From an uncultured Bacteroidota bacterium (GTDB lineage: Bacteria > Bacteroidota > Bacteroidia > Chitinophagales > LD1), in contig CAIOTH010000042.1 of the NCBI GenBank assembly GCA_903861145.1, positions 98,236-162,235 on the forward strand: DNA of 64,000 bases, written 5' to 3'. The notes below the pieces were generated by a model. The model saw nothing but the letters and a program-made list of their open reading frames with translations. It had not been told where the DNA came from and did not search any database. The translations under genes and the position numbers were made by a program. Below, piece by piece: positions 17,072 to 26,129 of this stretch; position 1 is the first letter of the stretch; each line of letters starts with the position of its first letter.

Positions 17072-18955
17072 ATGCCCGAAACTACTGAAACACCAAAGAA
17101 GAAAATATTTAGCTGGAAGGAAGTTACCGAAGCGCTGAGAATTTACCGGTTTATTCTGCCCTATAAGTGGCAGTTTATTACGGCTATGGTGTTGTTAATT
17201 ATTACATCGAGCATTGTTTCAGTAATTCCCGGCGGCTTTGGCAATTTGATTAATGCCGCTAGTCCGGCATCTGATGCGCTAGATAAAATAGTGCTGATTT
17301 TGAAATCGCATCTCTCCTCCGATGTTAAACTAACACAAATTCAGGAGCAGATAACTTCCTTTAAATCAGGCATTAATCCCGACAAAATAAAGGACATTGG
17401 AATTCTGTTGGGTGGCGTTTTATTGATACAAGCTATACTATCATTCTTCCGTATTTACCTTTTCGAATACGTTAGTCAAAACGCCATGGCTGCTATCAGG
17501 CGGGCGCTTTACGAAAAGATTATAACTCTGCCTATCCAGTTTTTTGAAGAGAATCGGGTTGGTAATCTTACGTCAAGAATTTCATCGGATGTTTCGCAAT
17601 TGCAGGATGCCCTTTCAAACCAATTGGCATTTTTTGTTAGGCAATTGGTTTTGCCAATTGTTTGTATTCCCATCCTTTTTACGGTTTCTGCCAAGCTCAC
17701 TTTTATCATTTTGGGCATTTTACCGGTATTGATAATTTCAGCCGTTTTGTTTGGGCGATTCATTAGGACCATTTCGCGTAAAGCACAGGATAAATTGGCT
17801 GAGTCAAATACCATTGTTGAAGAAACATTTCAATCGGCCGATATGGTAAAGGCTTTTACCAATGAGGCTTACGAAACGCGCAGGTACGGGGTTATTAACC
17901 AGGCCGTTGCTGCCATAGGCATGGAGGCAGCTAAGTATCGCGCAGGCTTTGTTTCGTTCATCATCTTTGCCATGTTCGGCACTATAGTATTTATAGTTTA
18001 CGCGGGGTTGAACGAGGTGGCTCTTCACCATATCGATATGGGTAAACTTATCCAGTTTTTCATCCTCACCATTTTTATTGGTAGTTCGTTGGCGGGTTTA
18101 AGTGAGAGCTACACTGTGTTGCAAAAAACCATAGGAGCCTCTGAAAGGGTAAATGAAATACTTGGCGAGGCATCGGAAACTAAAGTCAGCGACGAACACT
18201 TAACTGATCCCATTGGAGGTAAAGTTGAATTTAAGAATGTAGAGTTTGCCTATCCTTCGCGAAAGGATATTCACTTGTTTAATGGCCTTTCGTTTAAAGT
18301 TGATTCGGGTCAAAAGATTGCTCTGGTTGGGCCCAGTGGTTCCGGCAAATCAACCATTATTAAGCTGTTAAGTGGCTTATATCCATTCCAGGGGGGAGAT
18401 ATATTGGTAGACGGAAAGGACATCCGCACTTATAATATTACTGCCCTAAGGAAAAACTTTGGTACAGTTCCACAAGATGTAGTTTTGTTTGGCGGAACTA
18501 TCCGCGAAAATATTGCGTATGGTAAACCATCAGCAACCGAGCACGAAATATCCGAAGCTGCAAGAAAGGCTTATGCCATGGAATTTATTAAATCCTTTCC
18601 CGAAGGTTTAGATACAGTGGTAGGCGAAAGAGGAGTTAAGCTATCTGGCGGGCAAAAGCAACGCATCGCCATTGCCCGCGCCATCCTCCGCGACCCCAAA
18701 ATTTTGATTTTGGATGAGGCTACCTCGGCGCTTGACTCGGAGAGTGAAAGACTGGTAAAACAGGCTTTAGATGAATTAATGAAAAACCGTACCACCTTCA
18801 TCATTGCCCACCGCTTATCTACCATTCGCGAAGCCGATGTAATACTAGTTATTAATAAAGGCAAAATAGTTGAACAAGGCACACACAGCGAGCTATCGGT
18901 AGTTGATAAGGGGCTTTACAGCAACCTTTTAAAGCTGCAATACGAGTTGGAATAG
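17072..18955 (+). CDS. ABC transporter, fused permease/ATP-binding protein (MsbA-like exporter)
   Basis: 6-TM domain plus Walker A GPSGSGKST, signature LSGGQKQR, Walker B ILILDEATSALD and H-loop IAHRLST. Unusually long first external loop (about 55 aa). Confidence 0.9.
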   Translation: MPETTETPKKKIFSWKEVTEALRIYRFILPYKWQFITAMVLLIITSSIVSVIPGGFGNLINAASPASDALDKIVLILKSHLSSDVKLTQIQEQITSFKSGINPDKIKDIGILLGGVLLIQAILSFFRIYLFEYVSQNAMAAIRRALYEKIITLPIQFFEENRVGNLTSRISSDVSQLQDALSNQLAFFVRQLVLPIVCIPILFTVSAKLTFIILGILPVLIISAVLFGRFIRTISRKAQDKLAESNTIVEETFQSADMVKAFTNEAYETRRYGVINQAVAAIGMEAAKYRAGFVSFIIFAMFGTIVFIVYAGLNEVALHHIDMGKLIQFFILTIFIGSSLAGLSESYTVLQKTIGASERVNEILGEASETKVSDEHLTDPIGGKVEFKNVEFAYPSRKDIHLFNGLSFKVDSGQKIALVGPSGSGKSTIIKLLSGLYPFQGGDILVDGKDIRTYNITALRKNFGTVPQDVVLFGGTIRENIAYGKPSATEHEISEAARKAYAMEFIKSFPEGLDTVVGERGVKLSGGQKQRIAIARAILRDPKILILDEATSALDSESERLVKQALDELMKNRTTFIIAHRLSTIREADVILVINKGKIVEQGTHSELSVVDKGLYSNLLKLQYELE

Positions 18956-19076
18956 TTAGTTAGCTATCCAACCATCAACGCACCATTTTGTTGCCCCATT
19001 TGAGCCCCATTATTTTATTTTTGCCCCGACTGCTGATTCCTTGTGCTGTTTTGCCTGATAATTTAAAGAGCGCGTA

Positions 19077-20072
19077 ATGATTGTCCAACTTAATAAAGGT
19101 ATTGCCAAAGATAAGGCCGAAGAACTTGCACTTAAATACCAGGCAACGCTGTTCGAAAACGGCAGCTTTGTGTTGGTTACTTCATCAAAAGTAAAACTGG
19201 CCAGCGATGAACTAAAGCAATTGGCTGACGGCATTTTTATTACAGATACCGATATACAACTGGCCGGTAAACCATACTACGCCGATAAACGGGAGATTAA
19301 AATTGGCGATTTCAGTATTGGCGGAAATACGAAGAACTCACTGTTAATTACCGGCCCATGCAGCGTCGAATCTGAAGAACAGATTGAGGCCTCGGCGCAG
19401 CTCTGTGTGGAGTTAGGTATTAAGGTTTTGCGCGCAGGCGCGTACAAACCCCGCACCTCACCATATACATTTCAAGGTATGGGTTTAGCAGGGCTTAAGT
19501 TGCTTGATAAAATGCGCAGTAAATACGGCCTCAAAATTATTACCGAAGTGCGCGATAGCACTCATGTTGATGAAGTAATTGAGTATGCCGATATCATACA
19601 AATAGGTGCAAAAAGCATGTACGACCACGGTATTTTGCGCAAATGCGGCCAATCGAAAAAGCCGGTATTGTTGAAACGCGGATTTGGTACTACCCTACAG
19701 GAATTTGTTCAATCAGCCGAGTTTATTTTGAGTGGTGGCAACCCCAACGTTATTTTGTGCGAGCGGGGCATACGCACCTTTGAAACCAAAACCCGGTTTA
19801 CGCTTGACCTTTGCGGCGCTGCGTGGTTAAAAGAGCATACCAATTTGCCCATCATTCTTGACCCTAGCCATGCTATGGGTTACGCATATGGGGTGCCCGA
19901 TTTGGCCAGAAGTTGTATGGCTTTGGGAGTGGATGGAATATTAATTGAATCGCATCCCAATCCTAAGGCGGCCAAAAGTGATGCCGAACAGCAACTAAAT
20001 TTTGAAGAGTTTAAAGCTTTGCACGCCAGTTTAAAAAAGGTAGGCGAAGCGGTAGGATATAAGGTTATATAA
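19077..20072 (+). CDS. 3-deoxy-7-phosphoheptulonate (DAHP) synthase, type I-beta with N-terminal regulatory domain
   Basis: LITGPCSVESEEQ, RAGAYKPRTSPYTFQGMG, IGAKSMYD and DPSHA motifs of the KDO8P/DAHP synthase I-beta family, preceded by a roughly 70-aa ferredoxin-like domain. Confidence 0.85.
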   Translation: MIVQLNKGIAKDKAEELALKYQATLFENGSFVLVTSSKVKLASDELKQLADGIFITDTDIQLAGKPYYADKREIKIGDFSIGGNTKNSLLITGPCSVESEEQIEASAQLCVELGIKVLRAGAYKPRTSPYTFQGMGLAGLKLLDKMRSKYGLKIITEVRDSTHVDEVIEYADIIQIGAKSMYDHGILRKCGQSKKPVLLKRGFGTTLQEFVQSAEFILSGGNPNVILCERGIRTFETKTRFTLDLCGAAWLKEHTNLPIILDPSHAMGYAYGVPDLARSCMALGVDGILIESHPNPKAAKSDAEQQLNFEEFKALHASLKKVGEAVGYKVI

Positions 20073-20080
20073 AAATCACG

Positions 20081-21244
20081 ATGGAGAAATACGAGCAAAG
20101 AGGAGTTTCGGCAGGTAAGGAAGAAGTGCACGCAGCGGTTAAAGATTTGTACCACGGCCTTTACCCTAAAGCATTTTGCAAAATATATCCCGATTACCTG
20201 GGAGGCGATGATGCTTATTGCAACGTAATGAGTTCTGACGGCTCAGGCACCAAATCTATTCTGGCTTATTTGTATTGGAAGGAAACCGGTGATATATCTG
20301 TTTGGAAAGGCATTGCAATTGATGCCATGGTAATGAACCTTGACGATTTGCTTTGCATTGGTGCTACCGATAACTTTTTGTACACCTCCATCATTAACCG
20401 CAACAAGCATTTAATTACGGGCGAGGTAATTGCCGAAATAATTAAAGGTGGCCAGGAGTTTATTGAGCGCATGAAAGGCTTTGGCGTGCATATAAACCTG
20501 ATGGGAGGGGAGACCGCCGACCTTGGTGATTGCGTTCGTACAACTACAGTTGACGCCACTATGACGGTGCGATTGAAACGCGACAACCTTATTCTTACTC
20601 AAAATATTAAACCCGGAAATGTAATTGTAGGCTTAGCCTCTTACGGTCAGGCTACTTACGAAACTGAATATAATAGCGGTATTAGCAGTAACGGCTTAAC
20701 CTCTGCCCGCCACGACATGTTAAGCAAATATTACGCCGATAAATACCCTGAAAGCTACGATGCCGTTATTGAAAAATCGTTGGTTTATAGCGGTTCAAAA
20801 AGATTGACGGACCCATTAGAAGGAACGCCATTGAATATTGGCAAAGCATTGTTGTCGCCAACCCGCACGTATACGCCCATCATCAAAAAGATATTGGAAG
20901 AGTTGCCGGGTAAAATAAATGGTATTGTTAACTGCACCGGTGGGGCGCACACTAAAGTGTTGCACTACATCGAAAATCTACGCATCGTAAAAAACAGGTT
21001 GCTCCCGGTTCCACCCGTTTTCAAATTGATTCAGCAAGAATCGGGCACAGATTGGAAAGAAATGTTTAAAGTACTAAACTGCGGTACCCGCCTTGAAATT
21101 TACACCGATCCTAAATACGCATCGTTAATTATTGACGTTGCCCAATCATTTGGAGTTGCCGGCGAAGTTATCGGCCACGTAGAAGCAAGTGATAAGAACG
21201 AGGTGGTGATTGAGAGTGAGTATGGAAGGTTTGTGTATTCGTAA
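20081..21244 (+). CDS. purM: AIR synthase (PurM)-related protein, Bacteroidota long form
   Basis: 387 aa. RGVSAGKEEVHAAV, DGSGTKS, DAMVMNLDDLLCIGA and GGETADLGD resemble the PurM N and C domains. Confidence 0.6.
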   Translation: MEKYEQRGVSAGKEEVHAAVKDLYHGLYPKAFCKIYPDYLGGDDAYCNVMSSDGSGTKSILAYLYWKETGDISVWKGIAIDAMVMNLDDLLCIGATDNFLYTSIINRNKHLITGEVIAEIIKGGQEFIERMKGFGVHINLMGGETADLGDCVRTTTVDATMTVRLKRDNLILTQNIKPGNVIVGLASYGQATYETEYNSGISSNGLTSARHDMLSKYYADKYPESYDAVIEKSLVYSGSKRLTDPLEGTPLNIGKALLSPTRTYTPIIKKILEELPGKINGIVNCTGGAHTKVLHYIENLRIVKNRLLPVPPVFKLIQQESGTDWKEMFKVLNCGTRLEIYTDPKYASLIIDVAQSFGVAGEVIGHVEASDKNEVVIESEYGRFVYS

Positions 21245-21248
21245 ATAA

Positions 21249-21698
21249 CTAGCTGTTGCTAATTATTTCCCATTCAGGAACACCCTCTAATAGTTGTATT
21301 CCCCCAATCAACCGGCTTACAAAATTTAATGTGCCATTGGTTACCCATAGGTAATCTACCTTTAACGAAAGGTTGTAGCGGGCAATTTGTTCAAACACTT
21401 TTTCATTCAACGTTTCTTCCGGGGCCTTGCATTCAATAATCATTTTTGGTTTGCCGCTATTAGAGAAAACTACCAGGTCGAAGCGTTTTTGGGTACCGTT
21501 TAGTTCTATACCGCGCTCTACAGCAATGAGGCTTGTTGGATATTTTTTATCGTAAACCAGGTAATGTAGAATATGCTGCCGTACCCATTCTTCGGGGCTT
21601 AGAAATACCCATTTTTTTCGGGCAATATCAAAAATGAATTTCTTTTTGTCCTCTTCCTTAACCTTAAAATCATATTGGCCAAACTCTACTTTCGTCAT
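21249..21698 (-). CDS. stand-alone PD-(D/E)XK nuclease-fold protein (HsdR N-terminal domain-like)
   Basis: 149 aa. RFDLVVF...PKMIIECKAP gives the D...E-x-K signature. No HsdM/HsdS/helicase gene nearby. Confidence 0.65.
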   Translation of the reverse strand: MTKVEFGQYDFKVKEEDKKKFIFDIARKKWVFLSPEEWVRQHILHYLVYDKKYPTSLIAVERGIELNGTQKRFDLVVFSNSGKPKMIIECKAPEETLNEKVFEQIARYNLSLKVDYLWVTNGTLNFVSRLIGGIQLLEGVPEWEIISNS

Positions 21699-21789
21699 CT
21701 TTTGTAAATTCGATTAAAATTAAGAAACGGATTTAATTTAATGGATGATGTTATATTGCATTAAGGCAATGAGATAAACAAACGTGAAA

Positions 21790-22560
21790 ATGAAAACAAA
21801 AGAAGATATAGTTAATAACTGGCTACCGCGTTATACCGGTAGGGAGTTGAAGGATTTTACCAAGTACATACTGCTTACCAATTTCGACAACTACGTAAGA
21901 ATGTTTGCTGAGTGGCATAATGTTCCGATTTTAGGTGAAGATAAGCCTATGATGAATGCGTCGGCCGAAGGGATTACCATTATCAATTTTGGAATGGGCA
22001 GCCCCAATGCAGCCACTATGCTTGACTTGCTTTCGGCAATTGCCCCCGAAGCAGTTTTGTTTTTAGGGAAATGTGGCGGTTTGAAAAAGAAGAGCGAAGT
22101 AGGCGATTTTATATTACCGATAGCAGCTATAAGGGGAGAAGGAACATCGGATGATTACTTTCCGAAAGAAGTGCCGGCTCTTCCTGCATTTGCTTTGCAA
22201 AAGGCAATTTCAACCACTATACGCGATTACGGACAGGATTACTGGACCGGAACGGTTTATACCACCAACCGCCGGGTGTGGGAGTGGGATGACAGCTTTA
22301 AAGAGTACCTACGCCAAATACGGGCTATGGCCATTGATATGGAAACGGCCACCATATTTATAACTGCATTCAAAAATGAAATATCAGCCGGTGCACTATT
22401 GCTGGTTTCCGATCAGCCGATGGTGCCCGAGGGCGTAAAAACCGACGTGAGTGATGGCGCAGTTACTAAAAACTATGTCGAATTGCATCTGAAAATAGGT
22501 ATCGATTCATTAAAGCAACTAAAAAATAACGGGCTTACCGTTAAACATTTAAGGTTCTAA
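21790..22560 (+). CDS. amn: AMP nucleosidase-like protein, catalytic (PNP/UDP phosphorylase fold) domain only
   Basis: About 256 aa. WLPRYTG, INFGMGSPNAAT, FLGKCGGL, AIDMETA. Lacks the long N-terminal regulatory domain of the enterobacterial enzyme. ATG 21790; a GTG lies at 21784. Confidence 0.7.
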   Translation: MKTKEDIVNNWLPRYTGRELKDFTKYILLTNFDNYVRMFAEWHNVPILGEDKPMMNASAEGITIINFGMGSPNAATMLDLLSAIAPEAVLFLGKCGGLKKKSEVGDFILPIAAIRGEGTSDDYFPKEVPALPAFALQKAISTTIRDYGQDYWTGTVYTTNRRVWEWDDSFKEYLRQIRAMAIDMETATIFITAFKNEISAGALLLVSDQPMVPEGVKTDVSDGAVTKNYVELHLKIGIDSLKQLKNNGLTVKHLRF

Positions 22561-22589
22561 GCGGTTAAGTATTGGTATATATTAACAGT

Positions 22590-22913
22590 ATGGAAATTAA
22601 AGGAATTGAATTTCGTGATTTGCCACTAACTGGCTTGGAGTTTGCATTTAATGCAAATGAAGTTATCGTTTCGTGTGGGCATTATAATACTGAAACCAAG
22701 GAAGTCGACCCTTTGAAATTATATTTTAACGGCGTTAAAAATATATTTACCGATCACCTGGAAATGGCGAATTCAGCCGATGCCAAAATAGTGAGTTTGG
22801 AACTTGAGGATTCGGCTGAAAGTAAGAAAGCGCGATTTCAATTAGTAGCCGACTCTCCTAAAACCGAAATAGTTTTAACCTTTAATTACGTTGGGGTTCA
22901 TTACAGTTGGTAA
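22590..22913 (+). CDS. hypothetical protein
   Basis: ORF 29 nt downstream of the amn-like gene. ATG 22590 preferred to TTG 22572. No recognisable motif. Confidence 0.5.
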   Translation: MEIKGIEFRDLPLTGLEFAFNANEVIVSCGHYNTETKEVDPLKLYFNGVKNIFTDHLEMANSADAKIVSLELEDSAESKKARFQLVADSPKTEIVLTFNYVGVHYSW

Positions 22914-22919
22914 GCATTC

Positions 22920-23771
22920 TTAAATCTTGTTCTTCTCGCTGCGGATATACATGTAAAAGTAAAAAGCCGAAATGCCACTGAACAAATGCCATAAAGAATG
23001 CGGTTGAATAAGACTATCCGGGTCGCACAGCACTTTGTGAATATCGAACCCAAACCACATTACTGCAAATAAGATAGAGAGCATGCAGGTTACAAGATAG
23101 TAGTGATTGGTTTTACCCCGGTCATAGCGCTCAACAACAATTCCGAATATCAAGATAGTTATAATAATGCCCAGTACCACATAATTGCGGATGCCTTCTT
23201 TAAGCCCAAAGGTCAGAAACAAGTAAGCGATACTAAACGCAATTATCACTGTCCATGTGCTTTTGGCATGTTTTTGATTACTAGGCAATCCTAAACGCAA
23301 TAGCCAAACGCGATGGGTAAAATACATAAACGGGAAAAGCGATAACGAATAAACCGCCGAAAAATCGAGTTCGCTCGCAGTGTGTATCAGTGATGAGTGG
23401 AAGAAAACACTGGCGCAAAATATATAAAGCATAATGGCACCGAGCGTAAGACTGTAAAATGGGTTGGCCGAAATAATGTTATAGCGGTTCTTTTTAGTGC
23501 GGTCTTTCCAGCCGCGATTAAGGATAACGACTGCGGTTAACCAATAAATGAAATTGCTTAGGGTATTAATGGGTTGCCTAATGAAATTATCGAGGTTGGT
23601 GCGCTCGCAAAAAAACTTTCCCGTGTCTGCTTCAGTAAAATATTGGTTCCAATAACCATGAAGAAAAGGGAGGCGATTTAAAATCCAAATTCCACCGCCA
23701 AACAACAATGCTGTTGAAATCAACACAAAAAACCTGCGCCAGGTTAAAGAAAATATGTTGAACCTAATCAT
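22920..23771 (-). CDS. 7-TM alkaline ceramidase-like (CREST superfamily) membrane hydrolase
   Basis: FCERTNLDNFIRQPINTLSNFIYW (E...N-x2-SN motif), FFHSSL and HSLWHLFSG histidines across about 7 TM helices. Its ATG overlaps the upstream gene's stop by 8 nt (ATGATTAG). Confidence 0.6.
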   Translation of the reverse strand: MIRFNIFSLTWRRFFVLISTALLFGGGIWILNRLPFLHGYWNQYFTEADTGKFFCERTNLDNFIRQPINTLSNFIYWLTAVVILNRGWKDRTKKNRYNIISANPFYSLTLGAIMLYIFCASVFFHSSLIHTASELDFSAVYSLSLFPFMYFTHRVWLLRLGLPSNQKHAKSTWTVIIAFSIAYLFLTFGLKEGIRNYVVLGIIITILIFGIVVERYDRGKTNHYYLVTCMLSILFAVMWFGFDIHKVLCDPDSLIQPHSLWHLFSGISAFYFYMYIRSEKNKI

Positions 23772-25380
23772 TTTGGGTTAGTGCGTTTAAAGCCACATTA
23801 TGGGCATTAGCCATTAACGAAAATGTAAGCCCCTTAGCAGGCAGATACGTAAAGCCCGAGCCATCAGCTACAAAAACATTTTTGGTGTGGCCTAATTTGC
23901 CATTGGGCAATAACTTGAATTGTTCGTTTTTATTTGAAAATGGTAAGGTACCAGCATAGTGTATGCCTGAGCCATGGCCGGGGTTCATTTTCTTTAGCAC
24001 AAAACAATTTAATTGCCTTAAGGCAGCTTTAAATTTGTGCTCGTTATGCGCTACCTTTTCATTTTCCTTATCGGTAAGCTTGTAGTTTACATTCAATACG
24101 TCACCGGTTAAGCGGCTGGCCTCTTTTTTTAATGCCAGATACTTAGTGTTGCCGCCATGCTCCGGATGAAATAACCCCGCTATAGTAAAAGCCGGCATCA
24201 TATATTGCAAAAACGGGTAACCGTTTTTGGTACTCATCGGTGTTTCCTTCAAAATATGAAAAGCCATCATTGAGCGATAGCTGTATATCGAACTCATGGC
24301 AACCTTAGTATTCGTAAAGTCCGGGTCATAGAACAGTGATAGTTGCGCAAAGCCCACTTTATGTCTGTCTGTATCTCTCCCCAGTAAATATGGCTGTATG
24401 GCCGGTAAATAGCTGTATGGATTTGATATGATGGGCAATTGAGTATCATAAGCTCCGTACGAGCGCAAAACAATGCGCGCGGTGCTTAAACAACTGGCTG
24501 CAATAACCAATTTTCGGCACTCAAAAACAACGGTTTCGTTGGTGTCTTGGCGCTTACATTCAACTGTAATACGATTATCACCCTCTGTAAATTTTAGTAC
24601 CACCAAACGGCCATGGTAACTAAAGTTACTCTGTTGTTTTAAATCCTCCACCGTAAATGCAGGCCTGTAAGCGCTTTTGTCCTGGTTGCAATAAAAATCG
24701 AGGTCCTTATATTGGTAAGCTTTTCGCTTTCCCATATTTTGGGTTAGCAATGCTAGCGAAGGCCGGCCCATAAAAAAGCCATTCTTATTGAGGCTGCTTT
24801 TTTTGCGCTGATAGTTTTGATATAAATTCTTACCGGTTGAATCCATTTCGATTGAATCCATCAAATCCGGTAAATCACCAGCCGTGTATTTAGCCGCATC
24901 ATCATTATCGCCGCTTATGCCAATTCTTTTTCCTACTGTTTCATAAGCTTCATTCATTCTGCTGGCGTCAAGCCCCGCTTCTTGTAATTCGGACTTTGAA
25001 AACTTGCAGCAGCCCAGGCCCCAACCGTTGCCTAAACCACCGAGAGCGAGCGATTCGAGAGGAAAGAAACTTTCTGAAAGTAAAGGCATCCACTCATTTA
25101 CCTTCTCTATCATGAACTTACGCGGTGGAGTTAAGTGCTCGCCGGTCTTTACATGCCCAAAGGGAATGCCTTCAAAGTTTTTGCCAATAAAATATTCGTA
25201 TTGATTGGCGTCCTGCTGTTTAATTGAAAGGTAATCTTTGTCGGGTATCGTTCCTGCATACTCGTTATCGGTAACGCCCCCATCCAACATTAACACTTGC
25301 ACACCTTTTTCCACTAAAGTTTGCGCAGCCATAGCGCCTGTGCAGCCCGAGCCAATTACTATGTAATCCACCACAGCCAC
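23764..25380 (-). CDS. GMC-family FAD-dependent oxidoreductase
   Basis: N-terminal Rossmann DYIVIGSGCTGAMAA...MLDGG. C-terminal HYAGT...VFVADGSGF...LTFSLMANA typical of the GMC C domain. GTG start overlaps the upstream stop by 1 nt. Confidence 0.75.
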   Translation of the reverse strand: MAVVDYIVIGSGCTGAMAAQTLVEKGVQVLMLDGGVTDNEYAGTIPDKDYLSIKQQDANQYEYFIGKNFEGIPFGHVKTGEHLTPPRKFMIEKVNEWMPLLSESFFPLESLALGGLGNGWGLGCCKFSKSELQEAGLDASRMNEAYETVGKRIGISGDNDDAAKYTAGDLPDLMDSIEMDSTGKNLYQNYQRKKSSLNKNGFFMGRPSLALLTQNMGKRKAYQYKDLDFYCNQDKSAYRPAFTVEDLKQQSNFSYHGRLVVLKFTEGDNRITVECKRQDTNETVVFECRKLVIAASCLSTARIVLRSYGAYDTQLPIISNPYSYLPAIQPYLLGRDTDRHKVGFAQLSLFYDPDFTNTKVAMSSIYSYRSMMAFHILKETPMSTKNGYPFLQYMMPAFTIAGLFHPEHGGNTKYLALKKEASRLTGDVLNVNYKLTDKENEKVAHNEHKFKAALRQLNCFVLKKMNPGHGSGIHYAGTLPFSNKNEQFKLLPNGKLGHTKNVFVADGSGFTYLPAKGLTFSLMANAHNVALNALTQND

Positions 25381-25775
25381 TAGTAAAAAAGTAAAATAAA
25401 GCTTCCGGCAATGCCTTGCAGGGCTTCCTGCACGCCTTTAGCTATAAGGGTGAATAAATGAAACCGTGAAAATGCTTTGGGTTTGAAAAAATCAAAATAG
25501 TGAGGGCTTGTTTCCAGTATAGCAAAGGCAATTATCATCCTCTTTCGCAACCGATGGTTAGGATTGAATAAACCCAATGCGGAATCAATCAAACCAATGC
25601 TCCAGGTATTACGAATCATGAATTGAAGAAGGCTTATTTCCTTTTCATTCAAGGTAGTGGCTTCGTGCTGAATGGCATTTTCAAACAGGGATAGAGATTG
25701 TTCATCGGCCGTTAAACCGGTTAAATACCTGCAATAAATATTCATTTCCTGCCTGCTCAACGAAATCTCATCCAT
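25380..25775 (-). CDS. hypothetical protein (operon-internal orphan)
   Basis: 131-aa ORF. ATG lies 1 nt after the DUF2304 stop and its stop overlaps the GMC start. Hydrophobic C-terminal segments. No motif recognised. Confidence 0.6.
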   Translation of the reverse strand: MDEISLSRQEMNIYCRYLTGLTADEQSLSLFENAIQHEATTLNEKEISLLQFMIRNTWSIGLIDSALGLFNPNHRLRKRMIIAFAILETSPHYFDFFKPKAFSRFHLFTLIAKGVQEALQGIAGSFILLFY

Positions 25776-25776
25776 T

Positions 25777-26127
25777 TTATTTGGAGTTCATCTTGTTCAA
25801 CTTCTCTTTCAATAAGGCCAGTTCCTGCGCCAATGTTTTGTTTTGAGCGTGCAGCTTTGAAACGCTGAGCGATAAGTGTAGCAGGTAAACGAGTATGGCA
25901 AAAATAGCCCCCGTAAAAACCAGGTTAGGCGGGTCGTGCACGCCAAAAGTGCGGGCTATTACTTCAAGCCCATTGCGCCAAAACGAGAAGATGATTAGTG
26001 CAAAGGTTGAGAGAATCCAGATAAACGCATATTCCTCGCGCAACCTTCCCTTTTTTATTTGCCACAAAACGTAGCATAAAAAAAGCAGGCTAACAGCTAT
26101 GGCAATAAACTGTATCCGCGGGTCCAT
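25777..26127 (-). CDS. DUF2304-like small membrane protein
   Basis: Three or four TM helices followed by a coiled C-terminal tail (LAQELALLKEKLNK). ATG 26127 lies 2 nt after the GT2 stop (the track's TTG 26133 would overlap by 4 nt). Confidence 0.65.
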   Translation of the reverse strand: MDPRIQFIAIAVSLLFLCYVLWQIKKGRLREEYAFIWILSTFALIIFSFWRNGLEVIARTFGVHDPPNLVFTGAIFAILVYLLHLSLSVSKLHAQNKTLAQELALLKEKLNKMNSK

Positions 26128-26129
26128 AA

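Noticed and set aside
18956-19076. Reiterated GCCCC(A/G) strings upstream of the DAHP synthase gene, considered as an aromatic amino acid leader/attenuator.
   Set aside because: There is no short leader ORF rich in Phe/Tyr/Trp codons, and I could not draw alternative terminator/antiterminator hairpins.
21249-21698. HsdR N-terminal domain protein, considered as the remnant of a type I restriction-modification system.
   Set aside because: There are no hsdM or hsdS genes and no helicase/ATPase portion nearby. There are no flanking mobile genes or pseudogene fragments. It is reported only as a stand-alone nuclease-fold gene.
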